Shown here piece after piece: positions 48,091 through 61,500 of a DNA stretch of 64,000 bases. The position numbers were made by a program, and so were the translations under genes. This stretch comes from Utricularia gibba. Taxonomy: Eukaryota; Plantae; Magnoliophyta. Each line of letters opens with the position of its first letter. The stretch's first letter is position 1. Location: NCBI GenBank assembly GCA_002189035.1, contig NEEC01000013.1:2852001-2916000 (forward strand), read 5' to 3'. The notes under the pieces are model-generated. The model was not told where the DNA came from. It ran no database searches and was given only the letters and a program-made list of their open reading frames with translations.

Positions 48091-48726
48091 CGCCTACACC
48101 ACCTTATTCAATCCGGAGAGGGGCTAAAGAGAAACGAATAAGGAACCCAAATTTGAAATTCCCGCTTGAGTATTTATAGAGAAATGAGGCTAAAGGAATT
48201 ACGAAGTACGAAATATCTTGGATTTTTCGCGAGCCTATGAAGATTTTAACGTATCTCGAAAGAAATTAAGGAAAATCATCATTAATTTTAATTTTATATT
48301 ATACACACGTTATTTCAGAATGTTATTATTTTTTACCCAAAAAAAACCAAAACCTGGTAACTGAATTGATTAATTGTTCAATTAACAAGTAGGGGGTATA
48401 GTGCAGTTACCTAAAGTTTGAGGGTAAATGTGCAATTATATAAAGCTGGGGGGTTGGGCAAGATAGAGTATAAAGGGTGTTCGATTTAAAGGAGAGTGTT
48501 GGGAGGTGGGTGAACCCATGCGTTCTCAAGCTACTAGTGAAATGTCCTAAAACTGAACTTCCCTCCCATTGCTTCTCTTTCCTCCTTATCTCCCTTCTAC
48601 TCCAACCCCCTTCCTTGTCTTGCTTCAAAGCTGATGGCCAGCTGATGGCCTTCTCCAACCACCCCCACGCCTTCTACAAAAACGCCCGGAACCCTCCTCC
48701 CACTCCACACGACTTCAACTCTGAAA

Positions 48727-50810
48727 ATGGGACACGGGAGCTCATCTGGGTCGCTCCGATGGCTGCTTCTTTCTCTGATCGCAGTCTGCTCAGCATCCAC
48801 TGCCAATGCAGTAGTCAAGAAGTACCAATTCAATGTCAGTGAGCCGCTACCTTGAATTGATCCTGGTCTTGACTGCTATGTGTAACTTGTAATGCTGGTC
48901 TTGGTAGATCCAAGTGGCCAACGTGAGCAGGCTGTGCCACACGAAGCCGATCGTGACGGTGAACGGGATGTTTCCGGGACCGACGGTGTACGCCGTGGAA
49001 GGGGATCGACTGCTCATCAACGTCACAAACCATGCGAACTACAACATTTCTATTCACTGGTCGTAGCTCTGCTTTGTCTTCTAAACTGAACTCAGTTCCG
49101 CGATTCTTAAGTTGGCTGCTAGTGTTGTTTCTCACCAGGCATGGGGTGAAGCAGACCCGCAACGGATGGGCCGACGGGCCGGCGTACATTACTCAGTGTC
49201 CGATCCGTACCGGCGGGAGTTTTGTCTACGATTTCAACGTCACCGGGCAGAGGGGGACGCTGTGGTGGCACGCGCATATTCTGTGGCTGAGAGCCACCGT
49301 CTACGGCGGAATCGTTATACTGCCGAAGCCGGGGACTCCATACCCTTTTCCTCAACCCTCCTTCGAGTTCATTATGATTCTAGGTTCATGTGCATTGTAT
49401 ATTTTTGTTTTGATTAATTTCTTTGTTTAAATTTTTTGTTATTGCAATTAGGGGAATGGTGGAACAGTGATGTTGAAGAGGTGGTCAGACAGGGGAATCA
49501 GCTCGGGCTGCCGCCCAACACCTCCGATGCGCACACCATTAACGGGAAGCCAGGGCCGTTGTTCCCCTGTTCAGAGAAACGTAAGTTCATGGCTTCTGGT
49601 TCGTTCTCGAAGATGATGATGGTGTTGGAGTAAATGATTTGCATTTGTGTGGGTAGACACTTACGTTATGGAAGTGGAGGCCGGAAGAACGTACCTTCTG
49701 CGGATCATCAACGCCGCCCTGAACGACCAGCTCTTCTTCTCCGTCGCCGGCCATAGTATGACCGTCGTGGAAATCGACGCCGTCTATACGAAGCTATTTT
49801 CTACGAAGGCCATCCTGATCGGCCCGGGACAGACGACCAACGTGTTGGTGAGGGCGGATCAGGCCCCCGGGAGGTATTTCGCGGCGGCGCATCCTTTCAT
49901 GGATGCTCCTCTTTCAATAGACAATCGAACGGTAACTGCCATACTGCAGTACAAAGGAGTGTCCACTGATATTATCCCGACGTTCCCGCAACTGCCGGCG
50001 ATGAACGATTCCTCTTTTGCTCTGGCGTATAATTCCAGGCTCAGAAGCTTGAATTCCCCAAGTTTTCCGGCGAACGTGCCCGCCGGAGTCGATCGTCGGC
50101 TGTTTTACACCATCGGAATGGGAATTGACCCTTGCCCTACATGCAGAAACGGGACCCGAGTGGTTGCTTCTCTGAACAACATCACTTTTTCCATGCCTGA
50201 TGTTGCGCTTCTACACGCTCACTATCACAAGATTAAAGGAGTGTTCACCACGGATTTTCCGGATAACCCCCCAAGGCATTTAACTACACAGGTGTGCCGT
50301 TGACGGCGAATCTGCAGACGGTGGTGACTGCAAGGCCTCGGCTGAGCAAGATAGCTTTTAACTCCACGGTGGAGTTGATTTTACAGGATACCAACCTCTT
50401 GTCTGTTGAGAACCACCCTTTTCATCTTCATGGGTACAATTTTTTCGTCGTCGGAACCGGAGTTGGGAACTTTGATCCCCTGAAAGACCCCAAAAAGTTT
50501 AACTTGGTTGACCCGCCGGAGAGGAACACCGTCGGAGTTCCTACTGGTGGCTGGGCCGCCATAAGATTCAGAGCTGATAACCCAGGTATCTTCAGAAAAT
50601 CACCGTTGCTTTTCAATCTTCCAATGCAGAAAGAAATCTCACGGTGACCATTACCTTTTGCACATGGATGAACTTACAGGTGTTTGGTTCATGCACTGTC
50701 ACTTGGAACTCCATACCAGCTGGGGATTGAAGACAGCATTCGTGGTGGAGGATGGACCGGGGCCTGATCACTCGGTTTTGCCTCCACCTGATGGTCTCCC
50801 TTCTTGTTGA
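48727..50810 (+). CDS. LAC11: Laccase (LAC11-like), 6 exons; 1-nt frameshift in a C6 run as assembled
   Basis: Signal peptide MGHGSS..., NISIHW/HG, LWWHAH, HPFHLHG, HCHLELH copper motifs. Frameshift at 50267-50272 (one extra C restores [11 protein letters not shown]). Confidence 0.92.
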
Positions 50811-51111
50811 TTCAGTCATTTCTTTTTACTGTTTGCATGAGAACCATGACCTGCAGAATGCAGGGGTGATATGAACAAAGCTACTGAAAGATTCAGACTG
50901 AAATAATGATAATGATTTCACCAGTTTCTGGATTCTGAACAGAGACACATTGTTCCTGTGTAAGTTCTTCAATTGAAACCAGTAACGCAAAACTACTGAT
51001 GTGGGAAGTTCTTCAGGTATGAAGTAATGGAGCCAACCAACAAGTTCATTTGATGACATAAAACAGGGGAATATGGTTAGAGACCGAACAAAAAGGATTT
51101 TCTTAAGGACC

Positions 51112-51998
51112 TCAGAATAATATAGCAATCAGGCAAACCAAAACTATAACAAGTACAGCCACTCCAATCCAACAAGCCCAAATCCTCTGCTTCTTCAATC
51201 GATTCGCACGGTCGAGCTCTTTGGTTCCTTGGTTAACATACACTCCTGCATTCACCACGTTCGTCTCAATGTCATTCATCCGCTCATCCTGATTTTCCAC
51301 GATCACCGCTATGTCGAGAAAAATCTGCTGCAACTCAACCAAACTCTTCTGTATCGCCTTCACAGCTGCATGCCTTTCTTGTTGTTCTTCCACCATTTCC
51401 ATCTTTCCCTCGAATACACCCCCACAAGCCCTCCATCTGATGCAATCTTTTCGATTGTTTCTTCACTGGGCTGCTCCCCTGTAACCGCGTAATACCTTTT
51501 TCTAAGGACTTCCTTGTGATCAGACACAACCTTCTCCCTCAAGGTCTGGAAATCATCCATAGTGACCTTCAGCTTAACTCTCAGTCCATTAGTCACAGCC
51601 GTTCTTGTACGATCAATGTAGCTTCCTTCTTTGTAATCACTACGGTTTCTTATATTCGACGTTTCCAGGGCCTCCAACCTTGTTTTGATCATCTTTCCCT
51701 TCCTAAGCACCATCACCATATCAGAATTGATCCTATCCCTCAATCCTCTAAGAATTTTGGAACTTTGCGCAGATTTTGCTGATACGTTCAGTTCTTGGAG
51801 ATCAAGAAGCAGGTATTTGAGTTCTTCCATGTCCGCTCTGATCACATCGACTTCGATGAAAAACATCGAGAGATTCTTCTGATCTGCAGAGGCGAGATCC
51901 CCCATTTCCATATACGGAGCTTGCGCTTCAATATCTTTCATCACTTGTTTCTTCAGATCCACGTAATTTAAAAACGATTTCGTCATCAAGTCGTTCAT
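51112..51998 (-). CDS. SYP112: Syntaxin SYP11 family (Qa-SNARE), intronless; 1-nt frameshift as assembled
   Basis: MNDLMTKSFLNYVDLKKQ start, DRTRTAVTNGLR, SNARE helix ERHAAVKAIQKSLVELQQIFLDIA, C-terminal TM. Frameshift at 51419-51423. Confidence 0.9.
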
Positions 51999-52957
51999 CT
52001 TCACTGTAATACAATCAAAAGTAAAATTTCTCAGAATCTCAAGAACATACTCAAATCCAGGGTTCCTACTCCCCATGAAACAAAATAATCAATGGAAGAA
52101 ATGCAAATCATACCAGGAGTAGAAGCTTCCAAATTGTTCCGGAACCTCCGTTCAGACAAAATCTCTTCAAGTCGCCAGGAAAAGGCGTATGATTGACTCT
52201 CAGATGAAGCAGAAGAGCAGGAAGAATCAGACAAAGGATCTGAAATTATGACTCACTGAATCAAAGAAGAAGGCCGCATGAATAGACAACGGACGAAGTT
52301 ACCGTTGTAGATAGCTTTAAAATATCTTGGGTCTAGCCGTTACAAACCATTTTTTATCAATTTGATTCAAAAAAATAAGCCTGCGTGGCATGGGCCCGTT
52401 TCGTTTGCGGGCCTTGAGCTTGGCTCGAGCCCACTTTTGTTCTTTATTACTTTTTAAAGATTTTTGTATTCCAACATGTGCGAATTGGGAGGGGACGGGA
52501 TGTCTGTGATGTGATGACGATGGAAAAAGAAATGGCTGGCAAAAGGATAGGATATGAAATGCTCTTTTCCACGCACTTTTTGTTCGTACCACTGTGGTTT
52601 GAACGCGAGACTTGAGCGAGAGCCACTCGAATTTCTTGAATCCTGTGCTTTGATTCTCTCTTTTTTGTTTTTTGAGTCGTTCATCAGTTTTCCGTGTGGC
52701 AGTTTTTTGGATTCAGCGGCGTATTTTAAGCTTTTAGATCGCTGGACGGGTAAATTGAGCGGTTTTGGCTACAGTTTTCCGTGGTAGATCGAAGATTTTT
52801 TTGATGTAGAGACGGTAGCTGTTTTTTTCTCAGTTTTTGTTTATTAGCTTAAGGTGGTGGTGGTTTTGAGCTTGATTTTCTTCATCTTTTTGGAACAAGA
52901 GTTTCATCAGTTTCTGTTGTCCTTTTTGGCAAAAAAGATTATTCTAGCTTTTTCTGA

Positions 52958-55019
52958 ATGGAGTCTTCAATTAAGGGTAGAGTTTTAGTTTCTTCTTGTA
53001 CTTCTCCTTGGCAGCCAAAATTACTTGTTTACCACCCATGCACCTTCGTTGATCATTATCTATGGGTAACTGGTGAAATTGTAACAGGAAGACTAAAGAT
53101 ACTGTGGAATCTTCTGGGCCTGTTTGGATGGCTCATTGCACTAGGATAAGCGCCGCAGAGAATAATAAGGACGGAAATGCTGAGAACCGGGCTGTTACTG
53201 AGACTCTGAATGCTGCACTTGGATTAAGCTCGAACAGCGAAGAGTGCGATGGATTAGCCCCAGCCAGCGTTGTATCCAGGGGAGTAGCTCTTTGTTAAGC
53301 AGAAACAATGGGTGTGGTGTGGATAGACGTAGTGGTGGTTCCATTCAGTTTCCCCATTGGATTCCAGATAGCATAATCAAGTGTTCATCCACTAGGGGCC
53401 ATGGTGTTTCTGAGGATGCTTTATCAGTTAGTCATCCTGAGTTTTTGAAGCCTCATTCTACAGCTAAGAAAGAAAGTTCTAGTGATGCAGCATTTTCATT
53501 GAATATTAGACCTCCCACTGAGTTGATGGACGTCAAGATGAAAAGTGTTATGCCAGAAGGTAGCAGAGGGCAGGACCTGTCAGAAAATTTGGTGTCTGAA
53601 AGAGAAGCAGCTAGTTTCTCGTTGTCTGGAAGCACAGGTCTTATGAAATTCAACAAATCCTTATCACTTGGATCTCTGTTCACGGAGCATGGCCAACCAA
53701 TTTGTGCGCAAGATAGCCTCAAGAATACAATAAACTTTCATCATTCCACTTTGCTCCCAAATCAGCATGCACTTTTTGAGATGGGAACTACTACGGTGAG
53801 AACAAAGACAGTTGATTCTGTGGAAGAAATTCCCGAAGGGTACTGTAGATATTCTCAGGCAACTCATAACTTGTTTACGACAACCAAGACAGATGATGTT
53901 AGTCTATCAAAACAGAACGCTACTTTTACAAGCACGGTAATTGAATTTAGTGGACACAAGTCCAGCCGCATTCAGAGCCTCCCCACATTCGTTGCTCAAG
54001 GAAGTACAGGTCTGAAGCGCAAAGAATTGAGTGCCCATTCAAGTGAAGGAAAAAAGTGTTTGCAGCATGGTGGGCCGCCTGTAGTCTCTGAAAATAACGA
54101 GTCATTGGCCGAAGGCGTCAACCTGAACCGTGGCCTTTTGAATGACAGAAAGTTATATTCAGGTATATGCTTAAAAATCATCTCACTGAACATGGGTTTC
54201 TCTGAGCTTGCTGCAGTTTCTAATAAGATGCAATTTCATCTCAACGGTAATCTAATTATTTTTGTGCTTTCAGGCTTACGTGCAAACTCCAGTGGCTTAC
54301 GTAAGGTGGAAATCTTCTTTTCTTGTTGTTTCACTTCCATATATTTCTTTTTTATAACAGAATGTTGAACTTGACCATTGCAGGGCCTCAAACACTCCAT
54401 ACCTACACCGAAAAAAATTGAGAAGAAGTCCTCAAGAGAAATTGGCATTCCACGGAAAAAAGCTAGATCGTTGGATTTCAACAATGGGCTTCTTGTCATC
54501 CAAGCTGTTGGATGTTCTTCAGGAAATAACTGCCAGAGCTCCCCTGGAACCCGGAGTAATCCTGAATCCAATCCGCGTGAAGATTTGGAATCCGGCCCTA
54601 CTAACACATGGGTCAGGCGCCTGAAGCAGGCCTCATCAACCTCATCAAATCAATGCTCCATATCTGATAATAAAGTGTCGATGTGTTCCTGCTCCGCCCC
54701 AACACGTCATTGCACAGAACCAACCATGAATGCTGAGAGCCATAGCATGCCAGCTGAAGATGGACAAGAGCATTCCAATAACTGTAAGGAGCTGCTCCCC
54801 TCACAATCTTGGATTAAAAGACTTCAAAAGGATGGATGTGGCCCAAACAGCACTCCGGGCGAACAGCAAAGCTCGAAACAGGGGCCCGATGAGCTCCCCA
54901 AGAAGCAGTTCCCCAGCATCGCTGCGATGGCTCTGGTGGGTAGAGCCATGAACGGTATCAAATCCTACGAGGCCGAAAGGAAGGGGCCGTTAACTCTTTG
55001 GTACACAAAGCCCTCATGA
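52958..55019 (+). CDS. Uncharacterised plant protein with N-terminal WMAH motif and C-terminal FPSIAAMAL motif
   Basis: VWMAHCTR near 53125; C-terminal SWIKRL and KQFPSIAAMALVGRAM..LW typical of a recalled plant DUF-less family. Frameshift near 53258-53282; start and intron boundaries uncertain. Confidence 0.65.
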
Positions 55020-55642
55020 AGGACGGGCTCTTATCTATGTCTCACGGAGTCAATATCAGGCAGGGACAGAGCCGCCATGGGAAGCTCCTGGCCCCCATCT
55101 CCCTTAAAGACCTGGCACTAACTACTTCCTCAACGACTACTGATATGATGGGTAGAGCTGGATCTAGTGGATAGTGACTCGAAGATTCAAGAATGCATGA
55201 TGTGCATTGAGTCTGTGCTTCTCGTCTAGTCTCACTCGAGTGTGGGAGCCGGCTCCGGTAGGTAAGCTGCCAAGGTTCGGGATTCCCTTTTTATCGATGC
55301 CGGAATTGCAATGTGAGTTCGTGAGTCTAAACCATGACTCAAGGAAGAAGCCCTTTATTCTTATGCATTAATATAATATCTTGTTCTTTAATATTATTAT
55401 CATTAAAAAAAACATTCCCTACTATATGAACGCAAATATCCAAATATGCATGCAGAAAGAAACTCATTTAATGGTGTTGCGTTGGGCTGTAAGAGAAATA
55501 ACAAACAAATACCTGGAGAGTTGTCATATGCAGCTGTGTATGTCTGTCTGCATCCACTGAACAACAGAGGGGGAATCCAATTCTCTATAGTTGGTGTCTT
55601 CAGCTACGGCCTCAACCTGCATTGGCCTGGAGGAAACATCAG

Positions 55643-57418
55643 TCAATTCCGACGAGCCCTTCCCGCTGATGGAGGATATGAAAGCCGTTTCTTAGCAGAA
55701 GCAGCCGATGCTGAGCGACCGTACTCGGCACCCAGAGGACTCAACTTTGCTTTCGCGGAGTGAGTGGGGGCCATGTAGCTTGGAACAGAGAGAGAGCTTC
55801 CTGGGCTTTCATCATCTCCGATATAGGATCCAGCAGAGGAGTGCCTCCTTTCGGACTGGTTACTGACACTGCATTTTGAATGATCATCTTGCTTTGTCTG
55901 TTTATTTTTTGAACTGTCACCACTCTTTGCCTTTCTGGAGAGAGATGAAGAAGCCATCTTTGTAGTTGGAGTTGCAGTGGAAGAAGGATGGTTGGTCTCG
56001 GAGTTTAACTGATGACGAGCAAAAGACCTGGAGATTTCCCTGCCCCCTGGTCCCTTTCTATAATGCTTTTCCCGGTTTCGTTTGGTTGAGAAGCCATCCA
56101 TCTTTCAAGCCAACTCCAGCCCCACTGCGGATTCGTCGGGTCTATGAACAACCAGCTGGTTTGTTTTGTAGATTTCATCCATGTTTGCTGCTCATCCAAG
56201 TCAGATATCAAACAGCAGAACCATTGTTCTGATAACCGACTTATTCATTTCTAAAGGAAGATCAATACTATGATCTATGAGGGAGAGAGGCAACAGCAGA
56301 GAACTGTTGATGAACCCTTTTCTTTTCATTTGTGCGTGTGAAGTACCTGGTGGGTGTATGAATAAGCAAGAGCTCTTTCACGCCTCATTGCAGCTTCATA
56401 TTTGTGCAGCAAATTCTCCTCAACCCTCTCCTTCGAGTGCAGACTATCGTCCCATTCCTCACCAATCTGGAAAAGAAAGACGTATGGAAACATCAGAAAC
56501 AGATTCAGGACGAAAAACAGAGATGCAACCGCCCCAGATGGTTACATTCGAATACATAGAATGGTCAGAAGGAAAAAAGAAAAAAAAAGTGTAGGTGACA
56601 AAGGACTAACTCTCAAGCTCTCAAACTCTTTCGCTTTTTTCTGCAGGAGCTGTCTCTGAAGTGCCCTGTTATCCTCCAGTACGCGAGCTCTTCGCGATTG
56701 AATCTGATACTGCACATGAGACAGAGCCTGCATGCGTTTCAATGTGCTTGAAGTCTGGCGCTTCACAATCGGCCCATCAATGAATGCCTTCAGCCTCACG
56801 AGCCCCCTTAATCCTCTGAATGGCCTCCTTGCCTGGCAGCATTCATACACAAAGATGTTTATCCATCAAAGAAAAAGGATTTGCTAGAGATAATCGAAGT
56901 CATCTTCCAGTTTCAACCACATTCTATTTTTTCAAGGCACATAATAAATGGCAAGATCATACGAGGTATCCACGGAATGCCGTTTGGATTCTGACTGCAG
57001 CGGCTTCAGACTTTGATGCGGGAGAGACTTGAGTAACTGCAACATATTGAGGCGCCGAAGAAGCTTCCTGTGCAGTGGCAGCAGCTTCAACTGCAGCAGA
57101 GAACGGATGACTCGCACGATCATTTTCCATCTCAAGCAGCTTCGCTTCTTGCAACTGTGGTACCCGTGGCAGTTCAGGAACTAGATCTGGAGTCTCTGTG
57201 ACTGATGCATTTCCGTTTCCAACCAATTTATCATTGGATTCATCCGAATTCTGGAAAAAAACGATTGAAGGAAGCCCTCGTGATATGATGGATGAGAAAA
57301 GCATCATCATCGATACAGAAGGATCACACTCACGTACCTCAGGTTTCTTACGCTTGGCCCTTCTCTGCGTAAAAGCCTTTTTAACTCTGGACAACCAACC
57401 GCCCTTTTTTCTCCCCAT
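55643..57418 (-). CDS. IQD: IQ67-domain calmodulin-binding protein, 5 exons; 1-nt frameshift as assembled
   Basis: MGRKKGGWLSRVKKAF, AAVRIQTAFRGYL/ARRPFRGLRGLVRLK, EWDDS, RRERALAYSYTHQ, WGWSWLERWMA, VPSYMAPTHSAKAK. Frameshift at 56038-56047. Confidence 0.92.
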
Positions 57419-58533
57419 TCCTAGATCAGTATAAACTTATTCTCCCTGAAACAACATCAAATTCAATTCCAAATTCTACAGCAGCCAGTACAAATCAAAG
57501 CATCATCGAAATTCAAAAGCAACGAGCAATCAAAAAAATGGATCACCTCAGAAGCCAGCAAAATGTGAGTTGCTAAGGCCGATCCACATCTCAGATACGA
57601 TTCCGAATCAAAAAACAAACCCAGAAAAACAAGAGGAGAAGGAAACAACCAAAAGGGGGGAAGAGTTTGTGAAAAAAAATGAGAAACAGATGTTGGCGAA
57701 AAGACTAAATGGAAAGAGAACAACACTCCATCCAGTTCGCGTTTTCTTCTCTTCGTAACCGCTAGACTGGGTCCCACTTTGAAACCCTTTCCGTTGATGC
57801 TACTTTCTTTTTATTTTTTATTTTTTGTTGTTGCAATTTGTGGTCGGGTTGCCGTACGCCCTTCTTTTCAAGGTGTTTGGCCAACTAATCAATAGTTATA
57901 GTTATGACGCATTATTTGAATTAATTAAAAGCGTCATGATGGGTGCGATAATCAATGTACCAACGCATCCTTTCACTTTCCTCCCCACTTCTATTCCTTT
58001 TTATTAAACATCCTGGTGAGCACACAAAGGGGCAATTTTGCTACAAAAATACCGTACACTTTTTCAACGCATACAAGTATCAGTCCCTATGAGAGTGAAT
58101 CAGTTGGGACCTTCGGCTGTCTGTTTCTATTCAACTAAAGACTTTTATTTTCACACAGGAAAAGCATCAAAGGACGAGTAGCTTTTTTAGGACGCCACAA
58201 CAGTTGTCAGGTTGAGAGATGAAACGATCAAAAACACTAACCCGAGCATTGATAAAGTTCATATACAGGTTACCGGGAGGGAGCATCTGGTGTGTGCATT
58301 TTAGATACAAACACGAATGTACAACAATGCAGGTAGCTATGCTTTGCATGGTAAAAAGAATGGCGCACCTGCCACACCAGAAAACAGGAAGCAGGTATTC
58401 ACAAGAGCGACGGTTCATGAGCGAAGTCCTCCCTGTGCGCACCGCAGACACGGAGGAAGAGGTGTTGGGATGTCGTAGAAAAGAAGTATTGAAAGATGGT
58501 TTGAATGCTCTCAACATCTGGATATCTGGGATG

Positions 58534-61500
58534 TTAAGTGAAGGCGAAAATCCGATCTGCAATCTCTGTTCGGCAGATTGGGCATTCTGAGCATGCAAGG
58601 GAGCAGGACTTGCACACTGGATGGAGGAAGAGATTATTACAATATTGAAATAGGGAAGCAAGTGTAGAGAAGGTGAAACTTACAGCAAAAATGGCGACAT
58701 GGAAGGAGCATTGTGGAAGCAGATGACTCGAAGCATACTTTACAAACATGGGAATTTGCATCTCCATTTGTAGCATACTTGAGTTCTTTCTCCTTCATCT
58801 CATGCATCCTTGCCTAGAGCAGACATGGGCGATGAGTTCTTCAGAAGAACAAGACAATGTTGCAGTGTACGGCATTAAAAAAATATATAAATTTAGACCA
58901 GCGCTGATAACAGACGGTTTTACTTACCTTCAGCCGAACAACAAGAGGTTCTTCAGGAGTTGGTGTTGAATTATCCAAAACTTGGAAACCATCAGCTGAT
59001 GGATCCATTGAACCATTGACAACTAAAGGCTTGGTGTTTTGGTCCGTACTCTCTGTATGCCTCTTGCTGATCTTTTGATCTTGCATTACAGTGACCTCTT
59101 TTTTAAGTTGTGCAACAAGGACCCACATGTTAGCCAGATCATTTTCCAGTGACGCCTCCCTCTTCCTCCCTTCCTCCAACTTTTTCCGGTATTCATCTTC
59201 CAAAATCTCTTTTTCAGCAAGAGCAGCATCAAGCGCAGCTTCACGTTGCTTACGCGCTTTCAATTCCAACACCAGGTCATCATAATCAAGGCTCCAAGAT
59301 TCAAAATCATCATTAACCATTCCTGAAAACCGGCCTCTGTGGGACCTCTGGAAGTCATTATGCTTACGGATGTTGGAGTTTCTTGAACCCACCTCCTTCG
59401 CAGTCTGCACTTCCTTTTCCAGTTTAGCATTCAGAAGTGACAGCTTAGTAACTTCAGCTGCTAAATTCTTCAGTTCAACCGCAGCTGCAGATGCTAACTC
59501 CTTAGCATACGAAGCTTCCTCGGCTAATTTCTGGTTTTGTACACGTAATCCACTATTCTCCTCCAGAATGTTGACATGTTCTAGCTTCAGCTTTTCATTG
59601 TCTAGTTCCTGCAAAGAGAGAAATAGTTCCAGATCAAAAGAATACATGGATGCAAAGGTCATAACGCATTGCCTCCCCACTTCATCATTGCAAAGCTGCA
59701 CAAACTTATTATGTACAGAAAAGATATAGAAGAGTTCCACAGAAAAGAACCAAAATTGAAGTATTGCCTGAGACTGAATTTTTCTCCTCAACTCATCAGC
59801 TTGTGCATTAGATAGACCAGTTTCCAGTTTTGTAGAAATTTTATCACCACAAGATGAAGAGAGTTGCTGCTCCAGACAGGCAATTTTTTCTTGTAACACC
59901 TGATTCTCAGAACACTGCACAAATTTGAATTATACAAATTAAAGTTTGTTGCTCCGTGCTTTCAGTAAAAAGGAGTATTGGCTTGCAATCCCGTTTCCAT
60001 GAAAATCACCTTGTTTTCTAGTTGCTCCTGAAGAACACGGTTGTCAGCTGTTTTAATCTGCAGCAAACAATTAAACATAGTGAACAAAAGAACTGAGAAA
60101 TGGCAAAATAAGGTGCTCCGAAAAAAATATATTTGGAAACCTCAAGCTCAAAATCTTTTTCACTACACTCCGCCATCAACTTCATGACAGTCTGCCAGAA
60201 CAGGAAAAAAGGGAAAAGGTTAACAGGAGTACAGCAACCTTGTAGATATTAACGTAGAAAGGAGAGTTATATAGAAACGTTTAAACATAACATTACCTGT
60301 TGCATTTCTACTATAGATGCATTAGCAATAGACGCTTCACGGCACTCAACTATACGCTGCTCTAATATACTCATCTGTTTTTTCTTTTCATTTATTTCAT
60401 GCTCCAGGTTTTCAATCTGCAATCAGAGTCATAGATAATGAATAGGTCCTTAAGACAATGACCTATGAAATAAAATGTGAATAGAAGGAGCTAAAGGATT
60501 AATAAGACGAAAACAGGACCTGCAAAAGTCAGGTCCAGAAAAGAAGTTTAAACTGCTGTTTTATCGGCTTAATAAAGAAAACGGAAAACCAACAAAACAA
60601 CATCGCAATCTTGATATCACGAAATGAAATGAAATCATTTGTAGTACCTGAGGCTTTGAGCTTTCAGGATCATCAACTGATTGCTCAATCAAACGCTTCA
60701 ATGTGCTTGTGCTCAATGCAATTTCCCCATTAAGCATCTTAACCTGCTCAAATAGGAGGTCCACCTGGTTCAACAACGACATTCCATCCTATGACCCAAA
60801 AATGAATATCAGAATCAAATACTTGTGAACTAGTCAAACTAGAATGATAACTGAATAAACAGGTTAAGAAGATAAAGAGATGAAATTTTTTAGAGAAAAT
60901 GCTAGGGCCTACCATTTGCATCTTTGACACAAAGGAAGAACCACTGATAAGCTCCCCTGCATGACTAGATTCTGTTATTGTGCTACCAGCCTGTGATTTG
61001 TCATCATTCCACTTGCTATATGATCGCCCATGTTTGTAATCAATGGCTTCTGAGGTAACAGTTAAAGCTGAAGACGGAGAATCTTTCAAATTTTCACTGT
61101 CCTGTATCAAGGAGCCATTGTGCAGAGATTCCAATTTCTGTTTAATGACATGACACGGATGTTGTTAAGATAAGCGAACTAAAATTCAAACTGAAAATAA
61201 GTTAGGAAGCTGAAGTAAGAACTTGCATCATCTTCGGAGACTGAGCGACCTCTTTGATGACAAGGTGTCTCGATTGCATATCCAGGTAAAGTACTTTTGG
61301 AAGAAACTAGAATCAATTTTGTTAGTCTTTGAATTCTGCTCATTAAAGCAGCCTTGGCTTCTTCCTCCTCTTCCAGTCTTGACTGCATTTTAACTTGTCC
61401 CTCTTCCAACTTTACAGTAAGAAGATTAAAAAAAAAAAAAAAGTATGTCAGCCTTCAAATATGTGGCCAACATTTCATTACACACTCTGAAGCATTTCAG

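Noticed and set aside
52031-52234. uORF upstream of the syntaxin
   Set aside because: It begins at TTG, not ATG, and shows no recognisable conservation.
41069-56047. Programmed frameshifting or transcriptional slippage as a shared mechanism
   Set aside because: The genes are unrelated, the runs are only 3-6 nt, there are no slippery heptamers or stimulatory structures, and long-read error explains the pattern more simply.
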